Below, piece after piece: positions 39,835-53,272 of a DNA stretch of 64,000 nucleotides. A program made the translations under genes and the position numbers. Source of the stretch: the human T2T-CHM13v2.0 reference genome, Homo sapiens; assembly GCF_009914755.1 (NCBI RefSeq), contig NC_060939.1. One strand, given 5' to 3'. Each line of letters opens with the position of its first letter. Positions within the stretch are counted from its first letter, which is position 1. The notes beneath the pieces are model-generated. The model saw nothing but the letters and a program-made list of their open reading frames with translations. It was not told where the DNA came from and searched no databases.

Positions 39835-40025
39835 CATATATGCTTATATACTTACATATACATACTTATATATTATACAGGTAACATAAACTAAATATAC
39901 TACATTATATATAACATATAAGTAACATGTAACAAGTAGTTATATATTATGTCATATATAATGTATCAGTATATATGTTATTTTTATACGTAATATCAAA
40001 TATATTCGATATATGTAATTATCAA
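39835..40025. repeat. AT-rich low-complexity (TA-like) tract
   Basis: Degenerate TATA/CATA repeats. Confidence 0.75.
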
Positions 40026-40929
40026 AATTATAATGACAGTATTTATGGTTTTGTGATTATGGAGTAGGTATACAGGCATTTTAAATATCTAGTCCCTCAC
40101 CTCCACACTGTGAAATGGTTATCATTCACATGGCAACTAAGAAGTTGAATACAACTCACATGCTGAGTGTCAGATGCAAAGGCTGATTAAAGAAAGTCCA
40201 CTCCTGCCCCACTCCATCCTTAAACATTCTTATTATTTGCTTCTGCTGGCAACCACTTAATACTTCATATCACAGGAAGCAACAATGGAAAGCTAATAAT
40301 AGCAAAACACAGAAATCAGTAAATTATCTTGCAAGCAGGCAATGGAGCATATAAATTACTACTGAAAAGTAACTGAGACTGTCTATAAGATGACTTCAAG
40401 TCTATACATTTAAAAATATAAGGTATAGATGTATCCCACTTAAACAATCACCCACACACCATTTGCCTTCAAAGTTTCAAGTAATAAAGTCAGAGTTAAA
40501 TCCCGTTTTATCCTGGCACTTCTCTTCAGGTTCCTTTAGGTTGAGATCATCACTTGACTATTTTTTGAGCTATATTTTCTACGAGATATCGCACGATTCT
40601 TCCCCATGTAAACTGACATTGATGCAATCGTTATGGTCAACATATACAGTGTGTCAGGCACAGTACTAAATGCTTCCCATGCATTTATTTATTTTAATCC
40701 TAGTAACAAGACACTATTGCTATCCTCATGCATGGATACCTATTGCTCTCTCTGCCTGCCTGCTTCATAGAAAACTGGCCCCACCATTTTCTGGTAGCTG
40801 TGCTCTTATAACAGGTCCCAACACTGGATCCAGTGGTTGGCTGCCCACAAGCTAGACCAGAGTACTTCTCCAGGAATTTGAAATCAGGGCTGAAAGATTC
40901 TTTTTATTTTTTCAATTTGTAAATTTTCA

Positions 40930-42310
<1,381 letters not shown>

Positions 42311-42614
42311 TCGTACAGTGGTAGCTCTCTGAAGTGAGGCAGCTACTGGTGGTCATCTGCTCCCATGTGTATGAGGAACTCAGTAGGGAGACAGAAAATG
42401 GCATAGTGAGAAACGGAGCCATGTAGGCAGACACAGGCATGGGCTTCCCAAAGCGCTGCTCTCTGGGGGCAGGCATACCCTAGACCCAGCTGCACCTGAC
42501 TGGGAACCCTTGGGCATCACGGACCCCGCACCCTAGCTCCCTCCAGTTTCTGTTATTTATTAGGAAACAGACAAAGAAGCAACAAAGAAAACAAGAAATT
42601 CGACCAGCGTACCT

Positions 42615-42706
42615 AGTTTACAGATGAGAAAACAGGTTCCAAGAAGGTCCAGTCAACAAAGCAGGTGCTGTGGAGGGACTGTGATTCCCCAGCCTGCACC
42701 CCCAGC
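42615..42706 (-). mobile_element. MIR fragment
   Basis: TTTACAGATGAGAAAACAGGTTCCAAGAAGG. Confidence 0.55.
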
Positions 42707-44949
42707 CTGGCCACCCTGCCTCTTTGTGGGCAGAGAAGAAACATCACAAATAACCAGACAAGCTTCTCTTCACTTGCAAAGAGATTCACAGAAAACTTTC
42801 TTTAAATAGCACACTGCAAGTGTCAGTTGCCGGGACTTTCTTACATAAGAGAGATCAGCAATTGTAGAGCCTGAAGAGACTTCATCTCTAATCCAGGCAG
42901 ACCCCTCAGGACCAAGAGGGCAAATCACTTGGGAAATGCACTGTAACACACATTTCTGGAAATATCTTTGTATAGACTTGACCTCAAAGTGGAGGGGAAG
43001 GCTGCGTACCCTAACGGAGGACTCTAAGATCTCCATAGACAATAACTACTTAAAAAGACACTCTTAATTTTATAAATTCTCAGAATAAAACCTACAAGAC
43101 GTATGGTTCCATGTAAAAACTACAGAGAGTAAAATGGGGCAAAAAAAATTTGGCCTGTGGGGCATGCATTTCAAGGGGTTGGAGAACAATGTTCAAAGGA
43201 TGTTCCAGCTACATGCTGAAAACTTTGTCAGCCTCTCTGCAGCCTGTGTTTCAAAGACAAAAAATACCATACACATAAAGCTCTGCTCCTCGATGTCTCC
43301 CCAGGACACCTCTTTCGCACACAAAGCCGGTGCTGTGGAGGGACTGTGATTCAAACTCAGGCCTGCACCCCCAGCAGAAATCGAGAAATTCACCAGGCAG
43401 GTAGGAGCATCAGCGACCTCCCACCAATCTTATTAAGCTGGGCTTCGAGGGAGGAGGATGAGTGTCTTTGCTCCATCCCCAGGGGTGTGGCCTTAAGAGG
43501 GAGCATTCCACATGTTAGCCAGTAAATCACAGCTGCTTAAACAAAATAGCTAACTTATGTATTTGATTGTCAAAATGCAGACTCCCACACCAAGCAATCT
43601 CTGCCAACAAAGAGGATACATTTATTTTAAAAGAGCTAAAATTACTCATTATCCTGTTTTTGAGAGTCGCCATATCTGTTACATAAATATCCTTACAGCA
43701 AAGAATAGGTAAGCGTAAAGTTAGCAAAATCATTACACTCAAGGTTTTCAAAGGACACGCCTCCTGAACCTACCTGACGTAAAATATCTCAAATTATTTT
43801 CTTCTCAAGCAAATATAGACAAGGATCTTGGCTGTGAACTTCATTTCTCTGATTGCACGTGTACCTTAGAACCTAAAACTCAGAAGAGAAATTCATGTGG
43901 TTCACAGGAGGACGCCAGAATATCAAACTAGAACTGCCTGGTCACGAGCCCTCAGCAGCAGCCTAAATCCCATGCTGGAAAATTTGGATTTCATTGTGTT
44001 TCCAAAAGGAGGTCTACTTCAACAATGTCAAACTTAAAAATAAGAAACAGTTCATGGCATAAACTGTCATATGTCATTAACCTGACACCCTGAAAGAATC
44101 CATTCATTCATGGGTTATTTCATTCATAATGCATCTTTATACATTCATTGAACATCTTCCAGACAATCTTACAGGCTGGTTAGGTAGGCGAAAAGACGAA
44201 GACACAGTCCAAGGCATGAAGAGCATAGTAGGGGCAGCACTAGCCACTAGGCAGATCACCTGTTAGAGCACCAGCAAAGCAGGGACACTGAACCAAGGCC
44301 TTTGTTCAGTTTCTGGAACAGACTCCTTCATGCTCAGGACACTGAAGCCTGCTCCTTATGCCAGGCTGGCTCCAGCTCAGCATCTGGGTCTTATCCAAGC
44401 ACTCCTCAGAGAGGCCTTCCTGAGCCACATCTCACCCCCGACCCTCCATCACTTCACCTGTTTTATTACCATAGCAACACCTGCCGCTTTGCAAGGATGC
44501 TCCATGCATGAATGCCAGCTCACCAGGTATCCTCCATGCCCACAACACACTGAGCATTCGGCAAGTCATATTTTTCACTACAAAGATAATGAAAGGAAAG
44601 GAAAGACAAGAGAGCCAAACAGAAAGAGCTGCTAAATTTCAGAGAAATGCCTCTTTACTGTAAGAAATGTCTTCCTAAATGATTGTTCTAAAGATAACAA
44701 AAACATTATGAAAAGTCTTGAAGTTATCACCCTCATTTTTTAAAATAGCCTCTTCGACATAGTGATCGTCAACTGTTTTGCTAAGAAAGATGAAGCCATT
44801 AGATATTCACACATCCGCTCCCTTCACCCAGCCAAAGACTCTCCTAAGTTATAATACTATTTGCAAGGTTTACATCATTTACATCACATACTTTCACTGT
44901 AATTCATGCAGATGGCCTGTCTTATTTTTATGTTTATACATATCCAAGG

Positions 44950-45347
44950 TTTGCCACCCATTTATACTAAGCTCTGTACTTTTATTCACTTCTATTTTGG
45001 CTGGATTTTGATATTCAATAGTTTTATTCAAAACCCTTATTCAAAAGAGCTCATAGCAGCTAAGCTCTCTGATTTATGGCAGGCTTGAAAAAAATCTATT
45101 ATCTTTGTCTTTATACTTGGGACAATTTGGCTAAATAGGAAATCACTGAGGGCCCCATTGTTCCACTCAGAATTTCTCAGAAACCAGTATCTTTCAGAAA
45201 GTGTTGCTTGACAGACGCTGACCCAGTGTGATTCTACCTACCTATGTTCCTAACCTTTTCTGCTTTTGTGCCAGGTAAGAATCACCATGGAAATCGAGAA
45301 ATTCACCAGGATGTCAGTCAGTCTTGTTCAGTCTTTTTAATGCTTAC
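44950..45347 (-). mobile_element. Ancient L1M/HAL1-like fragment, probably resuming after the THE1
   Basis: T-rich antisense ORF1-like tract: CTTGAAAAAAATCTATT..AATTTGGCTAAATAGGAAAT..GAAATTCACCAGGATGTC. Confidence 0.5.
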
Positions 45348-47670
45348 TTTATTAGTCCATTTTCACACTGCTGATAAAGACATACCTGAGACTGCGCAAT
45401 TTACAAAAGAAAGAGGTTTAATTGGACTTGCAGTTCCATGTGGCTGGGGAAGCCCCATTATCATGGCGGAAGGCAAAGAGGAGCAAGTCACATCTTACAT
45501 GGATGGAAGCAGGCAAGGAAAGAATAAGAAAGATGCAAAAGTGGAAACCCCTGATAAAACCATCAGATCTTATAAGACTTATTCACTACCATGAGAACAG
45601 TATGGGGGAAACTGCCCCCAGGATTCAGTTATCTCCCACTGGGTCCCTCCCACAACATGTAGGAATTCTGGGAGTACAATTCAAGATGAGATTTGGGTGG
45701 GGACACAGAGCCAAACCATATCATTCCACCCCTGGGCCCTGCCAAATCTCATATCCTCACATTTCAAAACCAATCATGCCTTCCCAACAGTCCCCCAAAG
45801 TCTTAACTCATTTCAGCATTAACTCAAAAGTCCACAATCCAAAGTCTCATCTGAAACAAGCCAAGTCCCTTCCACCTATGAGCCTGTAAAATCAAAAGCA
45901 AGCTACTTATTTCCTAGATACAATGGGGGTACAGACATTGGGTAAATACTACTGTTCCAAAGGTGAGACATTGGCCAAAACAAAAGGGCTACAGGCCCCA
46001 TGCGAGTCCAAAATCCATTGGGGCAGTCAAATCTTAAAGCTCCAAAATGATCTCCTTTGACTCCATGTCTCAAATCCAGGTTATGATGATGCTAGAGGGG
46101 GGTTCCCATGGTCTTGGGCAGCTCCGCCCCTGTGGCTTTGCAGGGTACAGCCTCCCTCCCAGCTGCTTTTTGGGCTGGCATTTGGTGTCTGTGGCTTCTC
46201 CAGGCCCATAGTACAAGCTGTCAGTGGATCTACCATTCTGGGGTCTGGAAGATGGTGGCTCTCTTCTCACAGCTCCACTAGGCAGTGCCCCAGTAAGGAC
46301 TCTGTGTGGGGCTCCGACCCCACATTTCCCTATGCACTGCCCTAGCAGAAGTTCTCCATGACAGCCCTGCCCCTGCAGCAAACTTCTGTCTGGGCATCCA
46401 GGCATTTCCATACATCTTTTGAAATCTAGGTGGAGGTTCTCAAACCTCAATTAATAATTTCTGTGTACCCACAGACTCAGCACCACATGGATATTGCCAA
46501 AGCTTGGGGCTTGCACCATCTGAAGCCACAGCAGAGCTCTGCGTTGGCCCCTTTCAACCATGGCTGGAGCAGCTGGGACACAGGGCACCAAGTCGCTAGG
46601 CTGGACACAGCTTGGGCACCCTGGGCCCAGCCCACGAAACCACTTTTTTTCCCTTGGCCTCCAGGCCTGTGATAGGAGGGGCTGATGTGAAGACATCTGA
46701 CATGCCCTGGAAACATTTTCCCCATTGTCTTGGGGATTAACATTTGGTTCCTCATTACTTATGCAAATTTCTGCAGCTGGCTTGAATTTCTCCTAGGAAA
46801 ATAGGATTTTCTTTTCTATCACACTGTCAGGCTGCAAATTTTTCAAACTTTTAAGCTGTTTCCCTTTTAAAACTGAATGCTTTTAACAGCATCTAATTCA
46901 CCGCTTGAATGCTTTGCTGCTTAGAAACTTCTTCCACCAAGTACCCTAAATCATCTCTCTCAAATTCAAGGTTCCACAGATCTCTAGGGCTGGGGCAAAA
47001 TGCTGCTGGTCTCTACGCTAAAACATAACAAGTCATCTTTGCTTCAGTTCTCAACAAGTTCCTTATCTCCATCTGAGACAACCTCAGCCTGGACCTTATT
47101 GTCCATATCACTATCAGCGTTTTGGGCAAAGCCATTCAACAAGTCTCTAGGAGGTTCCAAACTTCCCCACATTTTCCTGTCTTCTTCGGAGCCCTCCAAA
47201 CTGTTCCAACCCCTGCCTGTTACCCAGTTCCAAAGTTGCTTTCACATTTTCACGTATCTTTTCAGCAACATCCCACTCTACTGGTACCAATTTACTGTAT
47301 TAGTCCGTTTTCACACTGCTGATAAAGACATAACTGAGACTGGGCAGTTTACAAAAGAAAGAAGTTTAATGTGACTTACAGTTCCATGTGGCTGGGGAAG
47401 CCTCACAATCATGGCAGAAGGCAGGGAGGAGCAAGTCTGGTCTTACATGGATGGCAGGAGGCAAAGAGAGAATGACGAAGACGCAAAAGCAGAAACCCTG
47501 GATAAACCCATCAGATTTTGTGAGACGTATTCACTACCATGTGAACAGTATGAGGGAAACCACCCCATGATTCAATTATCTCCCACCAGGTCCCTCCCAC
47601 AACACGTGGGAATTATGGGAGTATGATTCAAGATGAGATTTGGGTGGGGACACAGAGCTAAACTGTATCA
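45348..47670 (-). mobile_element. Full-length THE1 (THE1C/D-like) MaLR: LTR-int-LTR
   Basis: LTRs at 45348-45723 and 47296-47670 (TATTAGTCC.TTTTCACACTGCTGATAAAGACATA). Internal region of about 1.57 kb ends CTGGTACCAATTTAC. TSD CTTAC/TTTAC. Confidence 0.96.
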
Positions 47671-47797
47671 TTTACCAAAATGCAATTGTTCCTTTTGAAT
47701 GACAGAGCCAAGTCTGGCCTGTATATTTACACAGTTTTCTTTTTATTGTATACTTTAATGTTCTCCTTCTTTTCTAAAACTCTTTGTTAGAAAATCA

Positions 47798-48098
47798 GGC
47801 CAGGTATGACGGCTCATGCCTGTAATCCCAGCACTTTGGGAGGCTGAGATGGGTGGATCACTTGAGGCGAGGAGTTTGGGACCAGCCTGGCCAACGTGGT
47901 AAAATCCTGTCTCTACTAAAAATACAAAAATTGGCTGGGCATGGTGGGGTAAATCTATAATCCCAGCTACTCAGGAGACTGTGGCAGGAGAATTGCTTGA
48001 ACTTGGAGGGGGCGGGGGTTAGAGGTTGCAGTGAGCCGAGGTCACACCACTGCACTCCAGCCTGGGTGACAGAACAAGATTCCATCTCAAAAAAAAAA
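47798..48098 (+). mobile_element. AluSz/J-type, full length
   Basis: GGATCACTTGAGG, dimeric structure, A tail, and AAAATCA on both flanks. Confidence 0.93.
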
Positions 48099-48464
48099 CC
48101 ACATAAAATCAAATTATGGTGAGGCTTTGTTCCTTTTGTGTGGTCCTATCCTGTCCATGGTGTTTGCATTGTCAAGGAGGCTTCCTATTTTGTGGCTTCC
48201 TGGTTAATCTCTGTGATGGCATCATTTTGGTTTTTTCTTTTCCACTTTCCATCCTGAATTCTGTCAGCTTGGGCCCTACTTTCCTCCATCTCACTCGCTC
48301 CTCTGAGTCTTCCTCCTATGCTTAAATTCTGCTTTAGAGATCAGCAGTTTCTTTTTGAGTATGGAAATTTATTTTTTTGAACTCTTGAGCTGGTCACTGA
48401 ATCATTCAATTCTTCCTCAGACATTTGCTTATGTCTTTTTTTTTACATTTTTGTTAGTATTTTC

Positions 48465-48670
48465 TTTTTTAATTTTTAAAAACTTTTAATGGACACATAA
48501 CTGTGTTTATTTCTGGAGTGCAATGTAATGTTTCAATAGATGTTTACATCGTGTAATGTTTAAATTGGGTAATTAGCATACGCATCAAACATTTACCATT
48601 TCTTTGTGGTGGGAACACACAAGATCCTCTCTTCTCATAGTATATTGTACAGTAGGATAACTATAGTCAA
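48465..48670 (-). mobile_element. L1MA 3' end fragment
   Basis: TTTTAATGGACACATAA..GGGTAATTAGCATA..CATTTCTTTGTGGTGGGAACA. Confidence 0.75.
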
Positions 48671-50559
48671 TGACAAGTAATTATACAAACTCTTTCTTTT
48701 TTATGTTCAGGTTTTTCTGCATGCTTGTTCTTTTGCAGGCCTTAGTCATCTTTGAGATCAGCTACTCATGGAAGGACAGTATGGAGAAAACGGGTGAAGT
48801 AAGGTGAGAGAGTGTATGGTTCTGATTCAAATTTGCCTGGAATATTTTATCACCAATCTGTACTTTTTTCTGTCCTGGGAACCCATCTCCCTGAGCTTTT
48901 GGCCTTCAAGGGTAGCACTGGCTAATACAAAGCATTTATTGTCCCTGTCCTCTGGGCAGGGATGTGTCACAGCTGCCTCCCGCATCTCCCTCTCCCGCTT
49001 TACCCCAGGCAGGTCCCTAAGCCAGGGGCCAGAAGATGTACACTATGACTGGAGGAGGGCATGGTCCCTTCTTCATTGCTGTGCCTCTGAGTGTCCATGC
49101 ATTGAACTGGCTCTATCCAAGCAGAGAAAAGTGCTCATGCTCATTTCCTTTTGCATTTGATGCCCCTGGTCCATTGTACATGCTCCATAAACATCTGTTA
49201 AATGAGTACATGATCATGTCAACTAATGAAGCAGATAAAACCAAAGAGACCAACAGAAAGGTGAACACAGGCAGCAGGCAAAGCAAACTATGGGGCAGTA
49301 GCGGAAGCGCCCACAGGTCAAGACTAGAGACATGAAGACACCCTCCCTCTCCTTGGAGGACAGGGGTGGCACTAGACCTGGGACAGGGTCTGCTTAGGCA
49401 CTGTATTATTTTCTGTGGCTCCAACAAATTCTCTGACTCAAGCGTGGCCTGGCACCATCAACATGGTAAGGAACAGGTTCCAGACAGGGAGGCCTCCCAC
49501 ATTTGATCTTTCATCCATGCTGGTTTTGTTCTGGAAGTCACACCCTGTGAAGATGAAAGAAGGCTTCTGCCATCTTTCCTCTTGGTTCCATGGGCTTCTG
49601 CCCACTACTGGGTGAAAGCTCCAGGAAGTGGAGACCATCTTGGCATGATATGAGGATACTAGACATTGGGTTGTTCCAATAAAGATGTCAAACATTCCCA
49701 ACCTTCACCATGTGCAGATACCTGTAATGCGAGGCAAGTAAATGCATGGACACTGCAGAGCCTGTCTGTGTGGACCAATGCCCACCAGCCTCAGGGTGGC
49801 CATTCCCTCTTGGGGACCTCCCCCTTTCAGTTCTGAAGAAAGATCCTATCTCCAACACAACCCAGGGAGACAGAAAACATCCAAAATGATTCTGGCACAG
49901 GCTGTGTGGAATGGGAGCTCAGAATCTAAGCAGACTCACAGAGAAGGAAAAGGCTGTTCCTTACACCTGAGTCTTTTACCTGAGACCCAGACACACTTAA
50001 CCTAAGAGTTGGAAACACTTCCAAACAAGCCTCAAAGCCACTGCTCAGGGCTCAAAGTGAACACGACAATCTCTGCTGCCGTGGTAGCCTCTTCTTGCCC
50101 TTCTCTTCGTCTTTCTCATGCCCACCTGTTCCTTGTCTGGGGCACTCACCCTTCCTCTGGGTTAAGGGACTTTGGGGCATTCCAAACATACCTCAAGAGG
50201 CATGAGGCTGGTGGCTGTACAGTCTCATCACCACCATCTGCTGCTTGCTCGAGTCCAAGCATCTGTGTCCCACAGTTCCTGTTTCTTGTTCAAACTTGCC
50301 CAGGTTTATGCCTTAAATCAAAACCTTCAAGAAGGCAACAGCTGGCTCTTTAAGTCTGTAAACACTCTTAGTCAATGATTTTAAACGTTCTGTTCATCAA
50401 TGCCAAATCAATACCAAATCAATGAAGTGAGACCTCATATCTGAGTCAGACACAAAAAATGGAAATGAAACATCTGTCCTTCCCTCTGAATATCTGCAAT
50501 ACCAATGGAGAGAGAAAGGTCAAGACAGCATTTCAGGATGTTACAATGTTTTAGGTCCT

Positions 50560-50750
50560 ACAAAGTGCTTTCACATGCCTGAATGGATCTGTGTCTGACA
50601 ATGACCTTGAGGGGTACTGTCTTCATTTTACATATGACAGAAGTGAGGCTCAGACTGGTCAATTTTGAAAGATTAGAGAATGCTGCAAAATAAAATGGCC
50701 AAGGTCAACACTGGAACTAAGCAATTGGAGCTACATCTTTTTTCTCTGCT
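50560..50750 (-). mobile_element. MIR SINE
   Basis: AAAGTGCTTTCACATG..CATTTTACATATGACAGAAGTGAGGCTCAGA..CCAAGGTCA. Confidence 0.65.
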
Positions 50751-51084
50751 ACAGAATGAAAGATCTTAATTAAAATTGTTTCACCCTGTTGTTCCTGAAC
50801 TGACCTCCCACTTATACCACAATGATGTGGTGATAGTACACAAAGATGTGAGCTCAGTTTCCAGAATCCAGTACGAAGAGACACATTTACTGAAGATGTC
50901 CTATGTGTATGCTATGCCTGATGTCATTGTCAGAATTTTCTTAGTCATCACCATCACTCAGTGACATCGTTGCCATGTTATGCACAAGGAAAGTGAGTGT
51001 GAGCCAACAGGTTAATATTACAAACTCAATCACATTGGAGCACAGCTGAGAACATGGGATAGAAGTTTGGGATGTTAGTACAAG

Positions 51085-52262
51085 GGCATGGTAATCAAGG
51101 CAGTGTGGTAATAGCAGGACCAACAATGGAACAGAATAAAGGGCCCAGAAATAGACCCTCACTTACATGACCATTTGATTTTTGACAAAGGCACCACTAT
51201 AATTCGTCATGGATAGGATGGTCTTTTCAACAAATGATGCTGAAAAATTTGGGTATCCACATAGAAAAAAGAAACTTCAATCCCTACCTCACACTATACA
51301 CAAAAATTAGAGATGAATCACAATGCTCAATGTAAAAGCTAAACTATAAAGCTTTAATAAAGAAAACAGAATATCTTCATGCCTTAGCATAGGCAAAAGT
51401 TTCTTAGGACACAGAAACAACAACCACAAATAAAAAAATAATAAATCAGACTTCGTAAAAATTTTAAAATTTTACTTCCCCAAAAAACTAGCTGCAAGTC
51501 AACAAGTACAACAAACCTAGTAAAAATCAGTAAAAGAGATGAATAGGTAGTTCGCAAATGAAGAGTATGTGAATGATCAATCAATGTCTCAGCATCGTCA
51601 GATAACAGGGAAATGCAAATGAGAACTGCGATGAAACCCACTACTCACCCACGCCAATGCCCTAAGAAAGCAGGCTGCCAGTGCCAAATGCTGGTGAGGA
51701 CGCCCAGTGCCCAGAACCCTCAGACCTTGTGGGCAGGAGAAGAAAACAGTTTTGTAAACTTCTCTGTGACCCGATACCATTCCTAGGCATTAACCCAAGA
51801 GAAACTAAAGAATCCGTTCACAGAAAGCCTTGTACAAGAACGTTCACAGTAGCCTTATTCCAACAAGCTCCAAACTGGGAAGAGCCCAGGATTCTAGCCA
51901 CAGGAAAGTAGCCAAGCAACCCCTGGCACGGTGAGGCAATGGAATGCAGACAGTGACGAAAAGGAGCAGGACACTGATAAAGCAGCGGCACAGATGGATC
52001 ACAGGGGCGTTCCGCCGAGCAATGACTGCCCATTGTGGATCCCTTTCATGTGAAGTTCTAGAATAGGCAAAATTAATCTGTGATGGAGAAATCAGACAGG
52101 TTGCCTGGCGGAAGGGCTGGGGCAGGGCATGAGGGAGATTTCTGGTATGATGTGAATGTGAGTGTTCTGTATCTTGATATGGACTTGGATTACACAGGTG
52201 TATGGATTTGTCACGGCTCATCTCATTTGTGCATTTCATTTTACCTCAAAAGAAAAAGAAAA
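51085..52262 (+). mobile_element. Old L1M (L1MD/ME-like) ORF2 end and 3'UTR
   Basis: CAATGGAACAGAATAAAGGGCCCAGAAATAGACCC..TTTTTGACAAAGG..CAGGGAAATGCAAAT..GGCAAAATTAATCTGTGATG, with an A-rich end. Confidence 0.88.
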
Positions 52263-52589
52263 AGTTGGGCTGGTAGGTTGAGAACCTGGGCCAGTGTTGC
52301 AGGGAGCCCTTACCTCCAAGCTTGACCCAGAGGTATCTCAGGCATCCTGCCTCCTCCGCTGGGGCTCTCTTGGCCAAACCTATGTCAGATGATGGGGAGC
52401 CAGAGAAAACCTACAGGGGTTCTTGGCATGGCAACCTGAAAGGGAACCTCATGTGCTCAAGAGTGTCATGTGACAGGGAGAGCACAGGCCCATCACAACA
52501 CTACATCACAATACAGAAACATTTACACGGGCACAGGAAGGAATGAGTGGTCTTTCCATCTCCAGACAGACACAAATCATTGATACTTT

Positions 52590-53272
52590 AAAAAAAAATA
52601 GTGGTATATTATACATAACATAAAATTTACCATCTGCAACATTTTTAAGTGTACACTTCTAAGGCATTAAGTATATTCACATTGTTGTACAACCATCAAC
52701 AGAACTGTTTTCATCTTGTAAAACGGAAACTCTGTCCCCATTAAACAACAGCTCCACATTACCCCCCTCATCCCTCGTCGCCCACAATTGTACTTTCTGT
52801 CTCTATGAATTTGACGACTCTAGGTACCTCATGTAAGTGGAATCATTTAGTATGTGTTTTTTGTGACTGGCTTATTTCACTTAGCATAATGTCCTTGAGG
52901 TTCATGCATGTTGTAGCATATGTCAGAATTTGCTTTCTTACAAAGGCTGAATAATATTCCATTGTATGAATATGCCAGATTTTGCTTATCCATTCATAGA
53001 TTGAGGGTCACTTGGGTTGCTCCCACCTTTTTGTTACTGCTGCTATAAACACGGATGTACAGATTTCTGTCCAAGTCTTCATGTTCAATTCTTTTGGACA
53101 TACACCCAAAAGTGGGACTGCTGGATCCTACGGTAATTTTATGTTTAATATTTTGGGGAACCACCATTCCTATCAACAGTGAGCAAGGGCTCCAACTTCC
53201 CCAATTCCTTACCAGCACTTATTTTCTGTTTTTATTTTTGATAGTGGCCATCCTAATGGGTGTGCAGTGATG
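52590..53272 (-). mobile_element. L1MB (L1MB2/3-like) 3' end
   Basis: ACATAACATAAAATTTACCAT..GCATTAAGTATATTCACATTGTTG..CTAGGTACCTCATGTAAGTGGAATCAT..GCCATCCTAATGGGTGTG. Confidence 0.9.

Noticed and set aside
45244-47626. Cluster of ORFs of 60-155 aa
   Set aside because: All lie in THE1 LTR or internal sequence, which is fragmented and non-autonomous.
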